From the human T2T-CHM13v2.0 reference genome, Homo sapiens: a stretch of 64,000 nt of DNA. This document shows positions 29,681-49,789 of this stretch, in pieces; position 1 is the stretch's first letter, and each line of letters starts with the position of its first letter. Below the pieces are notes generated by a model. That model did not search any database. It was not told the origin of the DNA and saw only the letters and a list, made by a program, of their open reading frames with translations. The position numbers and the translations under genes are program-made. The DNA lies in assembly GCF_009914755.1 (NCBI RefSeq), contig NC_060934.1. One strand, written 5' to 3'.

Positions 29681-31937
29681 TGTATTAGTCTGTTTTATGC
29701 TGTTGATAAAGACATACCCAAGACTGGGCAATTTACAAAAGAAAGAGATTTAATGGACTTACAATTCCACATGGCTGGGGGGGCCTCACAATCATGGCAC
29801 AAGGTGGAAGGCATGTCTCACATGGCAGCAGACAAGATAAGAGAGCTTGTACAGGGAAGCTCCCCCTTTTTAAAACCATCAGATCTTGTGAGTCTTATTT
29901 GCTATCATGAGAATAGCAAGGGAAAGACCTGCCCCCATGATTCAGTTACCTCCTACTGGGTCCTGCCCAAAACACATGGGAATTCAAGATGAGATTTGGG
30001 TGGGGACACAGCCAAACCATATCATTCTGCCACTGGCCCCTCCCAAATCTCATGTCCTCACATTTCAAAACCAGTGATGCCTTCCCAACAGTCCCCCGAA
30101 GTCATAACTCATTTCAGCATTAACTCTAAAGTCCTAAGTCTCATCTGAGACAAGGCAAGTCCCTTCTGCCTGTGAGCCTGTAAAATCAAAAGCAAGTTAG
30201 TTACTTCCTAGATAACAATCAGGGTACAGCCATTGGGTAAATACAGCCATTCCAAATGGGAGAAATTGGCAAAGCAAAGGGGCCACAGGCCTCATGCAAG
30301 TCTGAAATCCAGCAGTGCAGTCAAACCTTAAAGCTCCAAAATGATCTCCTTTGACTCCAGGTCTCACATCCGGGTCACGCTGATGCAAGAGGTGGGCTCC
30401 CATGGTCTTGGGCAGCTCTGCTCCTGTGGCTTTGCAGGGTTTAGTCCCACCTCCCACTTGCTTTCAGGGGCTGGCATTGAGTGTCTGTGGCTTTTCCAGG
30501 CACATGGTGCAAGCTGTTGGTGGATCTACCATTACTGGGGTCTTGAGGACAGTGGCCCTCTTCTCACAGCTCCACTAGGTGGTGCCCCAGTAGGGACTCT
30601 GTGTGGGGGTCCAACCCTACGTTTCCCTTCTGCACTGCCCTAGCAGAGGTTCTCCATGAGGGCTCTGCCCCTGCAGCAGACTTCTGCCTGGGCATCCAGG
30701 CATTTTCATACATCCTCCGAAATCTAGGTGAAGGTTCCCAAACCTCAATTTTTGACTTGCATGTACCTGAAGGCTCAACACCACATGGAAGCTGCCAAGG
30801 CCTGGGGCTTCCACCCTCTGAAGCAACATCCAGAACTGTACCTTGGCCCTTTTTAGCCATGGCTGGAGTGGCTGGAATACAGGGTACCAAGTCCCTAGGC
30901 TGTACAGAGCAGGGGGGCCCTGGGCCTGAGCCATGAAGTCATCTTTTCCTCATAGGCCTCTGGGCCTGTGATGGGAGGCGATGCTGTGAAGACCACTGAC
31001 GTGCCCTGGAGACATTTTCCCCATTGTCTTGGTGATTAACATTCAGCTCCTCATTACTTATGCAAATTTATGCAGCCAGCTTTCTCCTTATAAAATGGGA
31101 TTTTCTTTTCTATGGCATTGTCAGGCTGCACATTTTCCAAACTTTTATGCTGTGTGTCCCTTTTAAAACTGAATGCCTTTAACAGAATCCAAGTCATATC
31201 TTGAATGCTTTGCTGCTTAGAAATTTCTTCCACCAGATACCCTAAATCATCTTTCTCAAGTTCAAAGCTCCACAAATCTCTAGGGCAGGGGCAAAATGCC
31301 ACGAATCTCTTTGCTAAAACAAAACAAGAGTCACCTTTGTTCCATTTCCCAACAAGTTCCTCCTCATCTCCATCTGAGACCACCTCAGCCTGGATTTCAT
31401 TGTCCATATGATTATCAGCATTTTTGTCAAAGTCATTCGACAAGTCTCTAGGGAGTCCACACTTTCCCACATTTTTCTATCTTCTTCTGAGCCTTTCAAA
31501 GCGTTTCAACCTCTGCCTGTTACGCAGTTCCAAAGTCACTTCTACATTTTCGGGTATCTTTTCAGCCGCGCTCCACTCTACTGGTACCAATTTACTGTAT
31601 TAGTCTGTTTTCACACTGCTGATAAAGACATACCTGAGACCAGGCAATTTACAAAACAAAGAGATTTAATGGACTTACAGTTCCACATGGTTGTGGAGGC
31701 CTCACAATCATGGTGGAAGGTGGAAGGCATGTCTCACATGGCGGCAGACAACAGAAAAAAGATTGTGCAGGTAAACTCCCCTTTTTACAACCATCAGATC
31801 TTGTGAGACTTACTTGCTATCACGAGAAGAGCACAGGAAAGACCTACCCCCATGTTTCAGTTACCTCCTACTGGGTCCCTTCCATAACGTGGGAATTCAA
31901 GATGAGATTTGGGTGAGGACACAACCAAACCATATCA
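29681..31937 (-). mobile_element. Full-length THE1 MaLR element (LTR 29681-30024, internal region, LTR 31596-31937)
   Basis: Two similar LTRs tgtattagtc...aaccatatca; about 1.57 kb internal region; perfect 5-bp TSD gttac. Confidence 0.95.
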
Positions 31938-34194
31938 GTTACTAAGTTTAGATTGGTAGGATGTGAGTAGAAAATCTGTATGCAAATATTAGATCATTCA
32001 GATATTTTCCTATGGCTGATAAATGGCAACAACTATAATAAGTAGCACTGGCCCATTCATCTCTAGAATGTTCATTAGAGAGAAATAAGCTTTTCCCTTC
32101 TTTTAGCAACTTATTTTGCTTCACTCAACCTGTTCTCTGAATAATACAAAAGGATATTGAGTAGCTCACAAGAGAAATGAGAAGACTGGATAAACTATTG
32201 TTGGAAAGAGGCCAGATACAAATAAAGGCTAGCCTACAGCAAAGATGAAGCCAATGGAAAGTTTGAGTAGGATATTCCTGTCATTGCCACAGGATCCTGG
32301 GTTACTACCACTGGCACCCTTTCAGTAGGTACTGCATGCTACAGGAATGGAGAGAAAGAATTGTAAATTGCCTTTACATCTTTGCATCACTTATTAAGAC
32401 TGAGTCCTGCTTAATAGTATCTGCTTGGCTAAACCTAGGTCTTGTCCATACCGTGGCTGCCTAGAGATATGAAATAGGGAATTTAACTTTTCTGTTATAT
32501 GTAGTGAAAGAGGTTCTCTTTCTGGACAAAATCCACACAATAAAGGATTCTCCCAAACACAGGAAAGGGGATTCAAATGATTGAGATTCCCAAACAAATA
32601 AAAAATTCAAATAATATATTTTTAGCTATAGATTGTTACCATAATTAACAAGGAATGGGCTAATTTGTTCTCTCATGTCTACTCAGAGAAACTTTGTAAT
32701 GTGGACTAGATGTAGGGGTAGACAGGTTAAGAGACAAACCAGCAAGCTTCAGCATACAATTTTTTCTTAATGTATTACAACAGATTTTTTTTCCTATTCT
32801 ACAGAGAACAGTGAAAAACAGGTCACCATCATTTATATGTAAGAGAGTTGCTTAACTGTTATCAAATTGTTCCTGTTCCTTTTCTATTCCAGAATGTCCT
32901 GCTCAATCCTATTGCTCGATTCTTTTAAATGTCTTCAGGACATTTTTATGTTTTTAGTATTCCTTTTTAATTCAATTCAGCTACAGTTCTCATATAAGGA
33001 TTGAAGTTGGCTGTTTTAAACTCTTAAATTATTGATTGAAATACAGTATCTGGAAATGTAAATCATGTAATTTAATAGTTTTGTTGCGTAGTGCCTCTGA
33101 TCTTTATTTAAAGTCACACTTTATTGTAACTTACTCCAGTTTCTCAGATGCTCTTTGTCCTTCACTATCTCAAGACCTTTCTTAATTCCAAAGTTCTTCC
33201 TAGAAAACCCTTACCCCATTCATATTCTAAGTCCAGGTCAGATCCCCCTGTAATATGCTGTCATAAGACCCTATCTTTTAAATTTATATCATTTATCCCT
33301 GTTTATAATTATGTGCTTGTATGATTCTTTGATTATCTTTCCCAGTGGAATATAAACTCCAAGAAGTTAAGAATGATTATGTTTTGATCATCTTTGGGTT
33401 TCCAGAACCTAATATAGTGCATGGCATGTACTAGCCACTTGCATTTGTTGTTGTTATTGAATGAATGAATTAGAAATGTATTAGTTTACTAGTATAGTGA
33501 TATGTAGACATTCAACTAGAGATGTTTTATAAGGTTATTACTCTAATAAACTATGTTATTTACTTCCTGTATAATTACTTCTGAACATTGAGATAAGCAA
33601 TTGAATTTGAACATTTTTTAAAATGTTATTTTATCAAGCATTGGTTCTTGGAATCTTGGTCTTATTTTGTTTCAATCCTTTGGTTTTAGATTTTAACATT
33701 TGCCATTGGGTGGCAGTATTGACTACCAGAAAACTCACTTAAACTCTGGCATTCAAGTTGTAGAAACTTGGTAGTTTTGTTTGACTTAGAAAAATGTAAA
33801 AACTTTCAACTCAAACTCATGAATATTTTATCTGAAGTATTTTATCTGGGTTAGTCATATAACATATATGGACATATTTAGTTATTTTAGGATAGTATAC
33901 ACATGAGATTATAGGTTGCCTTGTAGAAATTCATAAAGTAGCTTACATTTTCCTTTAGAAATATAATAATAATGAACACGGTCAATCTATTTCTTCTCTT
34001 TTAACTTTGAGGAGGGAGAAGTGACAGGTAATGCGTTTAATTCCGTTAAATTCTTCCCACTTAGCAAAAACAGCAGATCTGACTTTTTTGTGAGAGCTAA
34101 TAAAATTAAATTTTTACTCTTAACCTACTAAGAAAGTTGACTGTTTGAAAATAAAAGCAGCATTAAAATGTATATATGACAGCCCTTTTTCATG

Positions 34195-35440
34195 AATTCA
34201 TTTATTTATCTTTTTCATTTATTAATGTAACAGTTTCTTTTTTTGAGCTTCTATTAAGTGCTAGAGACTGCTCTAGGTCCTTGGGATACATCATGGAACA
34301 AAGAAGACAAAGATCCTTGTGGAACTTACATTCAAGCTAGGAGAGACAGACCCTAAATAATAAATATACATTATATAGTATGTTAGAAGGTGATAAGTAC
34401 AATGGAAAATTAAAGTAGAACAGAGAAAGAGGAATAGAAAGATCTGGGGGTTACATTTAAAATATGATGATATGCTTAGGTTTTATGGAGAAGTTGACAT
34501 GTGAGAAAAGACTTTAAGCAAGCAAGAGAGTTCAACCATATAGATATCTAGGGGAAGAACATTCTAGGCAGAGACCTGTCAGTTCAAAGACCCTAAGGCA
34601 AGAGCAAGCCAGGTGTACATAAGGACCAGTAAAAAGGCCATTGTGGCTGGAATTGAATTACTGATGGGGAGATTAGTCAGATATGAACTTAGAAGTTACA
34701 CAAAAAAGGGAGATGGTTGGGGATGTGGAATTAAGGGGTTGCTGGAGGGGATGGAGATTCCTGAAGGATGGAGCTATATCAGCTAAATATTCTTAGCTTT
34801 GTAGACCATAGTGAGGATTTTGACTCTTACCCTAAGTGAAATGAGGGAGCCATTGAAGGATTTTGAGCAGAAGATTAGTATTATGTGGCTTAGTTTTATA
34901 AAGCTCCTATTGGTTTCCACCTGAGAATAGACTGTAGTAGCAGTATACCAGTTCAGAGGCTACTGCTATAATCTAGGTGAGAGATGATGATGATGGTAGC
35001 TTGGACAGGTTGGTAGCTATGGAGGTGGTGACAATGGCTTGAATACTGAATGTGATTTTAATGCAGGATTAATAGGATTTGCTGATGGTCTAGATGTGGG
35101 GGGTGAGGGAAAGAAGAGTCAAAGATGACTAAGGTTTTTGGTTTGAGCAAATGGAAAGACAGAGTTGTCATCAACTAATATGAGGAAGATTTTAGGAAGA
35201 ATATTTGGTTATGGTATGCCAAGTTAGAGATATCTTTGAGATATTCAAAAGGAGATAGTGAGGAGGCAGTTGGATATATGGGTCTGGAAATTGATGGAGA
35301 GAGATCTGTACTGTAGATATAAATTTGGAGGTGTTCGCTTAAATATTAAATTGGAAACCATTGATGAAATTGGATGAGATTACCAGGAAAGTTAGCATAG
35401 AGAGAGAGAATCGAACCAAAGACTGAACTGTGGGTCCCAA
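34195..35440 (-). mobile_element. L2 fragment (other L2 fragments at about 47870-48780 and 54230-55440)
   Basis: attcatt tail repeats and L2 motifs (ggagccattgaaggattttgagcag, gaggcagttggatat). Confidence 0.7.
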
Positions 35441-35741
35441 CAAAATTCAGAGTATCCTGTGCTAGGCATATAAATTCCTTTCTTAGATAAGCTTGCCTTA
35501 TGTTGAACTATTTATAACCACTTATTTTGTTGCCTCTGACTTTATAAGATTTTGTTGCCTCTGACTGCATAGGACAATGTAAAATGAACAAATCCTGCTC
35601 TCAATATAGCTAATTCTACGTTTGTCATTTTCAGCTGATCAGAACCAAGGTCTTAAATCTTTCTTGGGATTTTTTTTTTTTTATAGTGTGTATTGCCCTG
35701 TCCATACTCTTAACATGGTTTATCAATTTTCTTCAAAGCAT

Positions 35742-36219
35742 AATATCTTAGCTCAGGCTGCTATAACAAAATACCACAGATTAGGTCGCTTAAACAATAG
35801 GCATTTATTCCTCACAGTTCTGGAGACCAGAAGTCCAATACCAGGGTGCTATCATGGTGAGGGCCACCTTCCTGGCCCTCTCACTCTGCCACATAAAGAA
35901 CGAACAAGATGACTGCCTTTTTGTTCTATCCTTATATGACAGAGAGAAGGAGAGGAGGAGAGAGCGAGAGCAAGAGAGAGCCAGAGAGAGAGAGAGGGAG
36001 AGAGAACGCACGTGAGAGTGCGAACTTGTGAGAGCTGGAGAGAGTGAGCAAGCTCTCTGGTCTCTCCTTGTAAGGCACTGATCTCACCATGAGGACCCTA
36101 CCCTGATAACCTTATCTAAATCTAATTACCTGTCCAGAGCCCCACCTACTAATACTATCACGTTGGGAGTTAGGGTTTCAACATATAAATTTTGAAGGGA
36201 CACAGGCATTCAGTCAATA
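35742..36219 (-). mobile_element. MLT1A-like LTR with an expanded GA-rich tract (about 35939-36050)
   Basis: gctgctataacaaaataccacaga...ttcaacatataaattt...ggacaca.gcattcagtc. Confidence 0.75.
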
Positions 36220-36228
36220 ATATGAGAA

Positions 36229-36851
<623 letters not shown>

Positions 36852-39800
36852 ATGAAAATTCTTAGCATGAATATTTCTTAATGTTATTTCAATTTATGGA
36901 GGAACTATTCTCTATTCACAATTAAAGTTATCTTGGGAAAGTCAATTAACTATCTGGTTATAAATTTCATTATTTATACAAAGAGATTATTTGCCCTTGT
37001 CTGAGTCTTGGGATGATAACTTGATCAAAGTGAATTGAAATAGTGTCTTGCTGTTTATGCTTGACTGGCTGATAATACAGTAGCAGTTTCCTTTTTAGTA
37101 AGTAGACATTTTGTAATAGTTTGATTTAGTAAAATCTTCTGTTTGCAATGAGGTTCAGTACATTTTATTAATAAAAAAATTGAATTTGTGATTAATATTT
37201 ATATATTAGGCAACTATTTACATATTCTGTGAGCATTATACATGCACCAGTCTAATAAAATGGGCAGTTTAACTTTTGTACCTAGAAGAAATTTTGACAT
37301 ACATGCTTTCATTATTTTATAATTTATTATTTTAGATGTTTTTGAAATATGATTTTGACAGTTACGATTATTCAAAAATCTGGTCTTTAAAATTTTTGAA
37401 GTTAGTCTTTTCTAAGCATACATATTTTGATAATACCAGGAGTTTTCAAAATGTGTAGTGCAAGGGTTATATAAGGAGATGGGTTGGGGTAGGATGGAAG
37501 ATAAGTGACTCTTCCTTTTCTGCCTCAACCATAGTGTCATCACTTTGCAATATTTTACATATTGAGATTCCTTGTAAAACTTTGTTTTAAGCCTTCTGCA
37601 GCCCAAAAAGAGTAAATTGGAAACCATTGATCTTTAAACAAGAGGGCAATTTGTTTCCATGCCACAATAGCATCATTGACCGAAACTGTAAGAGCCAAGT
37701 ATTCTTGGAACAGATCTAGTATAATGATTACCACTCACACAATTCATTGTCTTATAAAATTAACAGATTGTCAGAATAGTTGTGGATATTTAAAATAGAC
37801 AAAAGTTAATACCTGGCCTTTGGAGATTGATTTTATGGGTCTAGAACATGTGTAGAATACTTTGGATACTGTAACAAAATCAAATTTTTAAAATGGTGTT
37901 AGAAGAGAGAACACTTGCATTGAAATCTTGTTTTGACTTTTATTGGAGAACTTCAGATTCAGTACATACTAAATCATAAGACTATATCTGGAATGATTAC
38001 AACAAGCTACATTTACCCCTCTTGCTCTTAAAATCTTTATTCCCACCATATCTTCCACTTCTTATTAACAATCCAGTTTCTTCTGGGAAATTGCCTTTTG
38101 CTAACGTAGCATAGTCTTGCTGGGATGAAAAAATCCAGGTACCTGTCTATTCTAAGCTTGATTTTTCTCCTTGAAAAACTCTCTGAATTTCTACATATTT
38201 TTTCAATACAGTCCCATTTTCCCTTAAGCTAGCCAAATTAATTTCTGTGACTCACATGTAAGAAAACAAACTGAAGTACCACCTTAGAGATACTGTTAGG
38301 GTGTGTTTTTTTTTTCTGGTTATTAGACTTCTTTAAAATACCCAAAATTATATCAGCAACCTGCATTTGATAGAATTCAGAGTTAGCAATATTTATTTAA
38401 TGTGTTCAGTTGAAAACTGCAAAAAGAAAATAAATATAGTTGGCTCTTTAAACATGTACCACTTCAACATTAAAATGAATGCTTTTTTCGTAGTAGTATA
38501 GATGAAATATAAATTAAGGGTATGAGCCAAAATTACATCAAAAAGTCTAAAATCCTGGAGTAAGATTATTTTTTGCTTACTTTCCCTTTTACTTATTTTT
38601 TATTGATACATAATATTTACATATTTATGGGGTATATGTGAGTATTTGTTATCCGCATAGAATGTGTAATGATGAAGTCAGGGTATTTGGGGTATTCTTC
38701 ACTTTGAGTATTTATCATTTCTGTGTTGGGAGCATTTCAAGTGCTCTTTTCTAACTACTTAGAAATATACAATATGTTGTTGCCAACTATAGTTACCCTA
38801 CACTGCCATTGAATATTATAATTTGTATCTTCTAACTATATGTTTGTATCCATTAGCCAATGTCTGTCCTCCCCCACTACCCACACCCTGTCCAGCCTCT
38901 GGTATCCATCATTCTATTCTATACCTCCATGAGATCAACTCTTTTAACTCCCACGTGTGAGTGAGAACTTAGGATATTTGTCTTTTTGTGGCTAGCTTAT
39001 TTCATTTAACATAATGACCTCCAGTTCCATCCATGTTGCTACAAATGACATGATTTCATTCTTTTTTTTTTTTTTTGTGGCTGACTAGCGTTCCATTATG
39101 TATATACACTATATTTTCATTATCCTTTTGTCTGTTGAGGGACACTTAGGTTGATTCCGTATCTTTGCTACTGTAAATAGTGCTGCAGTAAATATGCAGG
39201 TGCAGGTATCTCTCTGTTACAGTGATTTTGTCTCCTTTGGATAAATACCCAGTAGTGGGATTACTGGATCATATGATAGTTCTATTTTAAGTTTTTTGAG
39301 GAGTTTCCATACTGTTTACCATAGTGGCTGTACTAATTTACATCCCTACCAACACTGTATTAAGAGTTCCCTTTTCTGTGTATCCTTGCCAGCATCTGTT
39401 ATTTTTAGTCTTTTTAATAATAACCATTTTAACTAAGATGATATCTCATTGTGGTTTTTGATTGGCAAATTCCCTGGTGATTGGTGATGTTAAACTATTT
39501 TTCATGTACCTGTTGGCCATTTGTAAGTCTTCTTTTGAGAAATGACTTCATGATCTTTGCTCACTTTTAAATAGGATTATTTGTTTACTGTTCAGTTGTT
39601 TGAGTTCCTTGTATATCCTGGATTTTAGGTCCCTGTCAGTAACATAGTTTTCAAATATTTTCTCCCATCCTGCAGGTTGTCTTTTCACTTTGTGGATTGT
39701 TTCCTTTGCTGTGCAGAAGCTTTTTAGTTGAATATAGTCTCATTTGTCTATTTTTATTTTTGTTGCCTGTGCTTTTGAGGTCTTAGCCAAAAAATCTTTG

Positions 39801-40819
39801 CCTAGGTCAATGTCTCAAAGCATTTTGCCTATGTTTTCTTCTAGTAGTTTGATAGTTTTGGGTCTTAGGGTTTAAGTCTTTAATCCATTTTGAGTTTATT
39901 TTTGTATATGGTGAGAGATAAGGGGTGTAGTTTCATTCTTCCACATGTGAATATCCAGTATTCCCAGCACAATTTATTGAAGAGACTGTGCTTTCTCCAA
40001 TGTATGTTCTTGGTGTCTTTGAAATCAGTGAGTATAAATATGTAGGTTTATTCTTTCACTATTATGTTTCATTGATCTATATGTCTGGTTTTGTACCAGT
40101 ACCATGCTGTTTTGGTTACTATAGCCTTGTAATATATTTTGAAGTCCAGTGGTGTGATACCTTCAGCCTTATTCTTTTTGCTTAGGATTTCTTTGGCTAT
40201 TGGCCTCTTTTTTGGTTCCATATGAATTTTAGAATTGTTTTTTCTAATTTTGTGAAAAATGACTATGGTAGTTTGCATTGACTCTGTAGATTGCTTTGGG
40301 TAGTATGGTCATTTTAACAATATTAATTCTCCCAATCCATGTACATGGGATGTCTTTCCATTTGTTTGTGTCCTCTTCAATTTCTTTCTTCTGTGTTTTG
40401 TAGTTTTCCTATAGAGATTGTCCACATGCTTGGTTAAATATATTTCTAGGTATTTTATTTTTTTTGTAGCTATTGTATTGCCTTCTTGATTTCTGTCTCA
40501 GCTAGTTCATTATTTGTGTATAGAAATGCTGCAGATTTTTGTATATTGGTTTTGTAACCTGCAACTTTACTGAATTCATTTATTACATTTAAGAGTTTTT
40601 TGGTGGAGGCTATAGGTTTTCTAGATATAAGATTATATCATCAGCAAAGAGTGGCAATTTGACTTCCTCTTTCCAGTTTGGATGCATTTTCTTTCTTTCT
40701 CTTGCCTAATTTCTCTGGCTAGGACTTGAAGTAGTATATTGATTAGGTGGTGAAAGTGGACATCTTTGTCTTCCTCCAGTTCTTAGAGAAAAAGCTTTTG
40801 GTTTTTCTCCATTTGGTAT

Positions 40820-41716
<897 letters not shown>

Positions 41717-42989
41717 GTATGATATTAACTGTGGGTTTGTCGTATATGTCCTTTTTTATATCTTGGTATGTTCCTTTCATGCTTAGTTTGTTGAGAGTTT
41801 TTATCGTGAAGGGATGTTGAACTTTATCAAATGCTTTTTCTGCATCTCTTGAGATGATAATATGGTTTTTGTTCTTCATGTTGCTGATATGATAGATCAC
41901 ATTTATTGATTTGCATATATTGAGCCATCCTTGCATCCCTGGGATAAATCTCACTTGATCATGGTTTATTATTTTTTTAATATGCTGCTGGATTTGGTAT
42001 TTTTTGAGTATCTTTGCATCTGTATTCATCAGGGATGTTGGCCTGTAGTTTTCCTTTTTTTGTTACTTTAATATTTGGGTTTGGTGTTAGGTTAATCCTG
42101 GCCTTGTAAAATGAATTAGGGACAATTGTCTCCTTTTCCTTTTTTTTTTTTTTTTTGGACTAGCTTGAGGAGAATTGGCATTAATTCTTCTTTGAAAGTT
42201 TGGTGGACTTTGGCCGTGAAGCCGTCCTGTCCTGGACTTTCCTTTGTTGGGAGACTTTTTATTACTACTTTGATCTTTTCAGTTTTTAATGGTCTGTTTA
42301 GGTTGTCTAAATATTTTTTCTTGATTCAATCTTAGTAGGATGTATGTGTCTAGGAATTTGTGGATTTTCTCTATGTTTTCCAGTTTGTTAGTGTATAGTT
42401 ATTTATAATAATCTTTGATAATCTTTTGTATTTCTGTGGTATCAGTTGTAACGTGTCCTTTTACATTTCTGATTTTGTTGATTTGGGTTTTCTAATTTTT
42501 TTTTGTTGTTGTTGCTTAATCTAGCAAGTGGTTTATTGGTAGACCACATCTTTTCATGTTGATCCTTTGTATTTTTTTTTTCCACCTCTATTTCATTTAG
42601 TTCTGCTTTTATCTTTATTATTTATCTTCTTCTAGTAATTTTGAGTTTGGTTTATTCTTACTTTTCTAATTCTTTGAGGTGCATCATTAGTTCATTTTAA
42701 ACCTTTCTGCTTTTTTGACGTGGGTACTTATTGCTGTAAACTTCCTTCTTAGCATTGCTTTTGCTGTATCCAATAGCTTTTAGTATGTTATGTTTTGATT
42801 TTCATTTGTTTCAAAAAGTTTTTTTATTTTCTCTTTAATTTATTCTTTAATCCTTTGATCATTTAGGAACATGTTTTTAAATTTGCATGTATTTGTACAG
42901 TTTCCAAAGTTCCTCTTTTCATTGATTTCTAGTTTTATTTCATTGTGGTTTCACAAGGCATGATTTTGATTTTTAAATTTTTTTTGAAG

Positions 42990-46848
<3,859 letters not shown>

Positions 46849-49134
46849 TTGAGTTTTCTTTTGTGTCCTAACATATAGTCTATCCTGGAGAACATTTTAT
46901 GTGCTGATGAGAAGATGTGTATTTTGTAGCTGTTGATTGAAATGTTCTGTAAATGTCTGCTAGGTCCATTTGGTCTAATGTGCAGTTTAAATCCAATGTT
47001 TCTTTTTCTGTCTGGATGATCTGTCTAATGCTGAGAGTAGGGTGTTGAAGTCCCCAACTGTTATTTTATTGGATCAAATAACACTGGTGCCAAGAAACGG
47101 TGCCAGGGAGCCCAAGACAGGCACTCTTAGACTGCCACTGTCACCCCTACGGCCCAAAGATTGGCCCAGGGCCAATTTCTCCCTTTAAATGTATTAATTT
47201 CTTCCTTTAAATGTAATAATGTTTGCTTTATATGTCTAGGTGCTCCAGTGATGGCTACATATTTGTTTAGAATTGTTATATCCTTTTGCTGAATTGATCC
47301 CTCTATCATTATAAAATGACCTTCTTTGTCTCTCTTTATTGTTTTTGACTTAACATCTGTTTTATCTAATTAGAGTTACTCTTGCTCTTTTCTAGTTTCT
47401 GTTTTAATGGATTTTTTTTCTATCCCTTTATTTTCAGCCTCTATATGTCTTTACAGGTGGTATGAGTTTCCTGCAGTTGGATCATGTTTTTCTTTTTTTT
47501 TCTTTTTAAAAAATCCATTCAGTCAGTCTGTGTTTTTTAAGTGGAAGGTTTAATTTGTTTACAATCAAGGTTTCTATTGATATATGGGGACTTAATTATA
47601 CTTAATTTTTTTGTGTATAAAATGAGAAGGTTGTCTTAATAATAACAAAGTTACTATTATGAAGCATTTATTATAGTATTAAATATTAAGCATTTTACTT
47701 AGAATCTCATTTTATATTTAGAAAAATCTTATATTCTAGGTGGAAGCTCCACAATTAAACTGAAGCTTAGAGAAATTAGGTAAGTTTGCCCAAGGTTTCA
47801 CAGCTAGTAAGTAGGAAAGCTAGATTTGACTGCATAGCTCATGCTGTTACTCCTTTACAGCTTAAGGTGCTTTTCATTCATCCATCCATTGATTGATTGA
47901 TTCCATAAGTGTATACTGAGGCTAATCATTAGTAATTGTTGGCTATGTTAAGTACTTTTCATTGTATTTTATTATGATGGGAAGTCACTGAAGGATTATT
48001 AGTAGGGGAATGATAGGAGTAGAATTATGTTTTTAATCATTCTGGTTGCATTCTGGATAGTTGAATGTTATAGGAAAGGGATAAGTATGGAAATAAGAAG
48101 ACCAGGTTTTAGACTATTGCAGTAGTCCAGTTGAGAGTGGGTGGTGGCTTGGACTGAAATGGTAGTTGTAGAGACAGGGATCAGTGGTTGGGGTATCGTG
48201 GGGTGCTAGAATTTAAAAATTCTTATAATTAGTAAGATACAGACCAGACACCAATCAAAATGGATGGTGGCCATTGGACTAGAGTAAGATCTTGATGTGC
48301 CGTGTTGTGCCAGGCATTACCCCTCTAGTTATCTATTGTAGGGAGGTTTGAATTATCTCAAGTGAGGAGTCAGGGGAACAGGGACAGCAAGACTGATAAC
48401 GTGCGATGCTGAGGTACATCTACTTACCAACAGTCATTGAAACTTTTATACTTTAACATGTGGAAAGACTGTAATCCCTGCATACCTAATTAATATTCAG
48501 TTTGTTTGTGGGTTGGTTGTATGGGGTGCTGGAGAAAGAGGCAACTTAAGAATGGCACCAAAGTTTTTGCCCTGAGCAACTGGATGAATGGAAGTGCCGT
48601 TTACTCAGCTGGCAAACACTGCTGAAGGAATTGGTTTGGGAGGAAACGATCAAGGTTTTAGTTTTATACATGTGAAGTTTGAGATGACCCTCTATAGATA
48701 TGCAAGTGGAAATGTAAAGTAGTAGTTTGAATTCATGAGAGATTGTGGGGCTGGACATATACATTTGGGATATATCAGAGCACAATTCTACTCTGTATGA
48801 TTATGTAGTAGCTTTTTCCCTTAAAAAATCTCTCAGCAGCCCGACACTAATGCTTAAAGTTACAGTGTTAGAAATTCATTTATACTCTTTGGTTTTTTAA
48901 AACTGTGCATAACCTGCGGAGAAGATTCTTTTTGAAATTGCACTATAAGGTGAATTTGTTTATTACACCCTTTAAAAAACAGCTGAGATATACTACCTTG
49001 AGAAATTGTCATACTGATTGAGAAAAGTAATGCAGAGAGAGTTATGGGGATATATTGCATGAGATACTAAAGTATGAAGTGGTAGAATAATTTTTATGGA
49101 TATATTTTTATAAAAAAGGAGTCTTGCACATATA

Positions 49135-49500
49135 GTATGTTCTTATTCATAAGTGGGGGCTAAAAAAGTTGATGTCATGGAGGTAGAGTAGAATGATGGT
49201 TACCAGAGGCTGGGAAAGGTTTCAGGGAGAGAGGGATGACGAGAGGTTGGATAATGTATACAAAAATATAGTCAGACAGAGGTAATATGTTCTAGTACAA
49301 TAACATAGTAGGGTGACTATAGTTAATAATTTATTATATATTTCATAGCTAGAATATTTGGAATGTTTACAACACAAATGTGTTTGAGGCAACAGATATC
49401 CTAATTACCTTGTTTTGGTCATTACACATTGTATACATGTATCAAAATATTACATGTAGACCATAAATGTGTATAATTGTTCAGTATCAGAAAAAAAATT
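49135..49500 (+). mobile_element. L1MA-like 3' UTR fragment
   Basis: gagtagaatgatggttaccagaggctggga...attacacattgtatacatgtatcaaaat. Confidence 0.75.
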
Positions 49501-49789
49501 TTAAAAAGTGGACTCTTGCTTAGATGTCCTTAAGTGTAGATATTAGTATTAGCTGTTTAATGGGTGGGGAAGTCTTTTTGTCGTTGTGTTTTAAATTAAT
49601 ATTCAGTTAATTAGTATACATTTTAAGTCATTTTGGTTATAGAATACAGAAAGCTTCAAATTAAGACATCTAATTTTTTTCTTAAATCTTTGAATTATAT
49701 TTATAAATCTTGTCATTCTATTTATAAATGGATTAATTTAGAGTAAAATAAAGACAACATATAGATTGGGCTACAGACCTATAACATCC

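Noticed and set aside
29531-31916. Cluster of 60-153 aa ORFs on both strands
   Set aside because: All lie in or overlap the THE1 LTR/internal sequence; no intact ORF or splice support.
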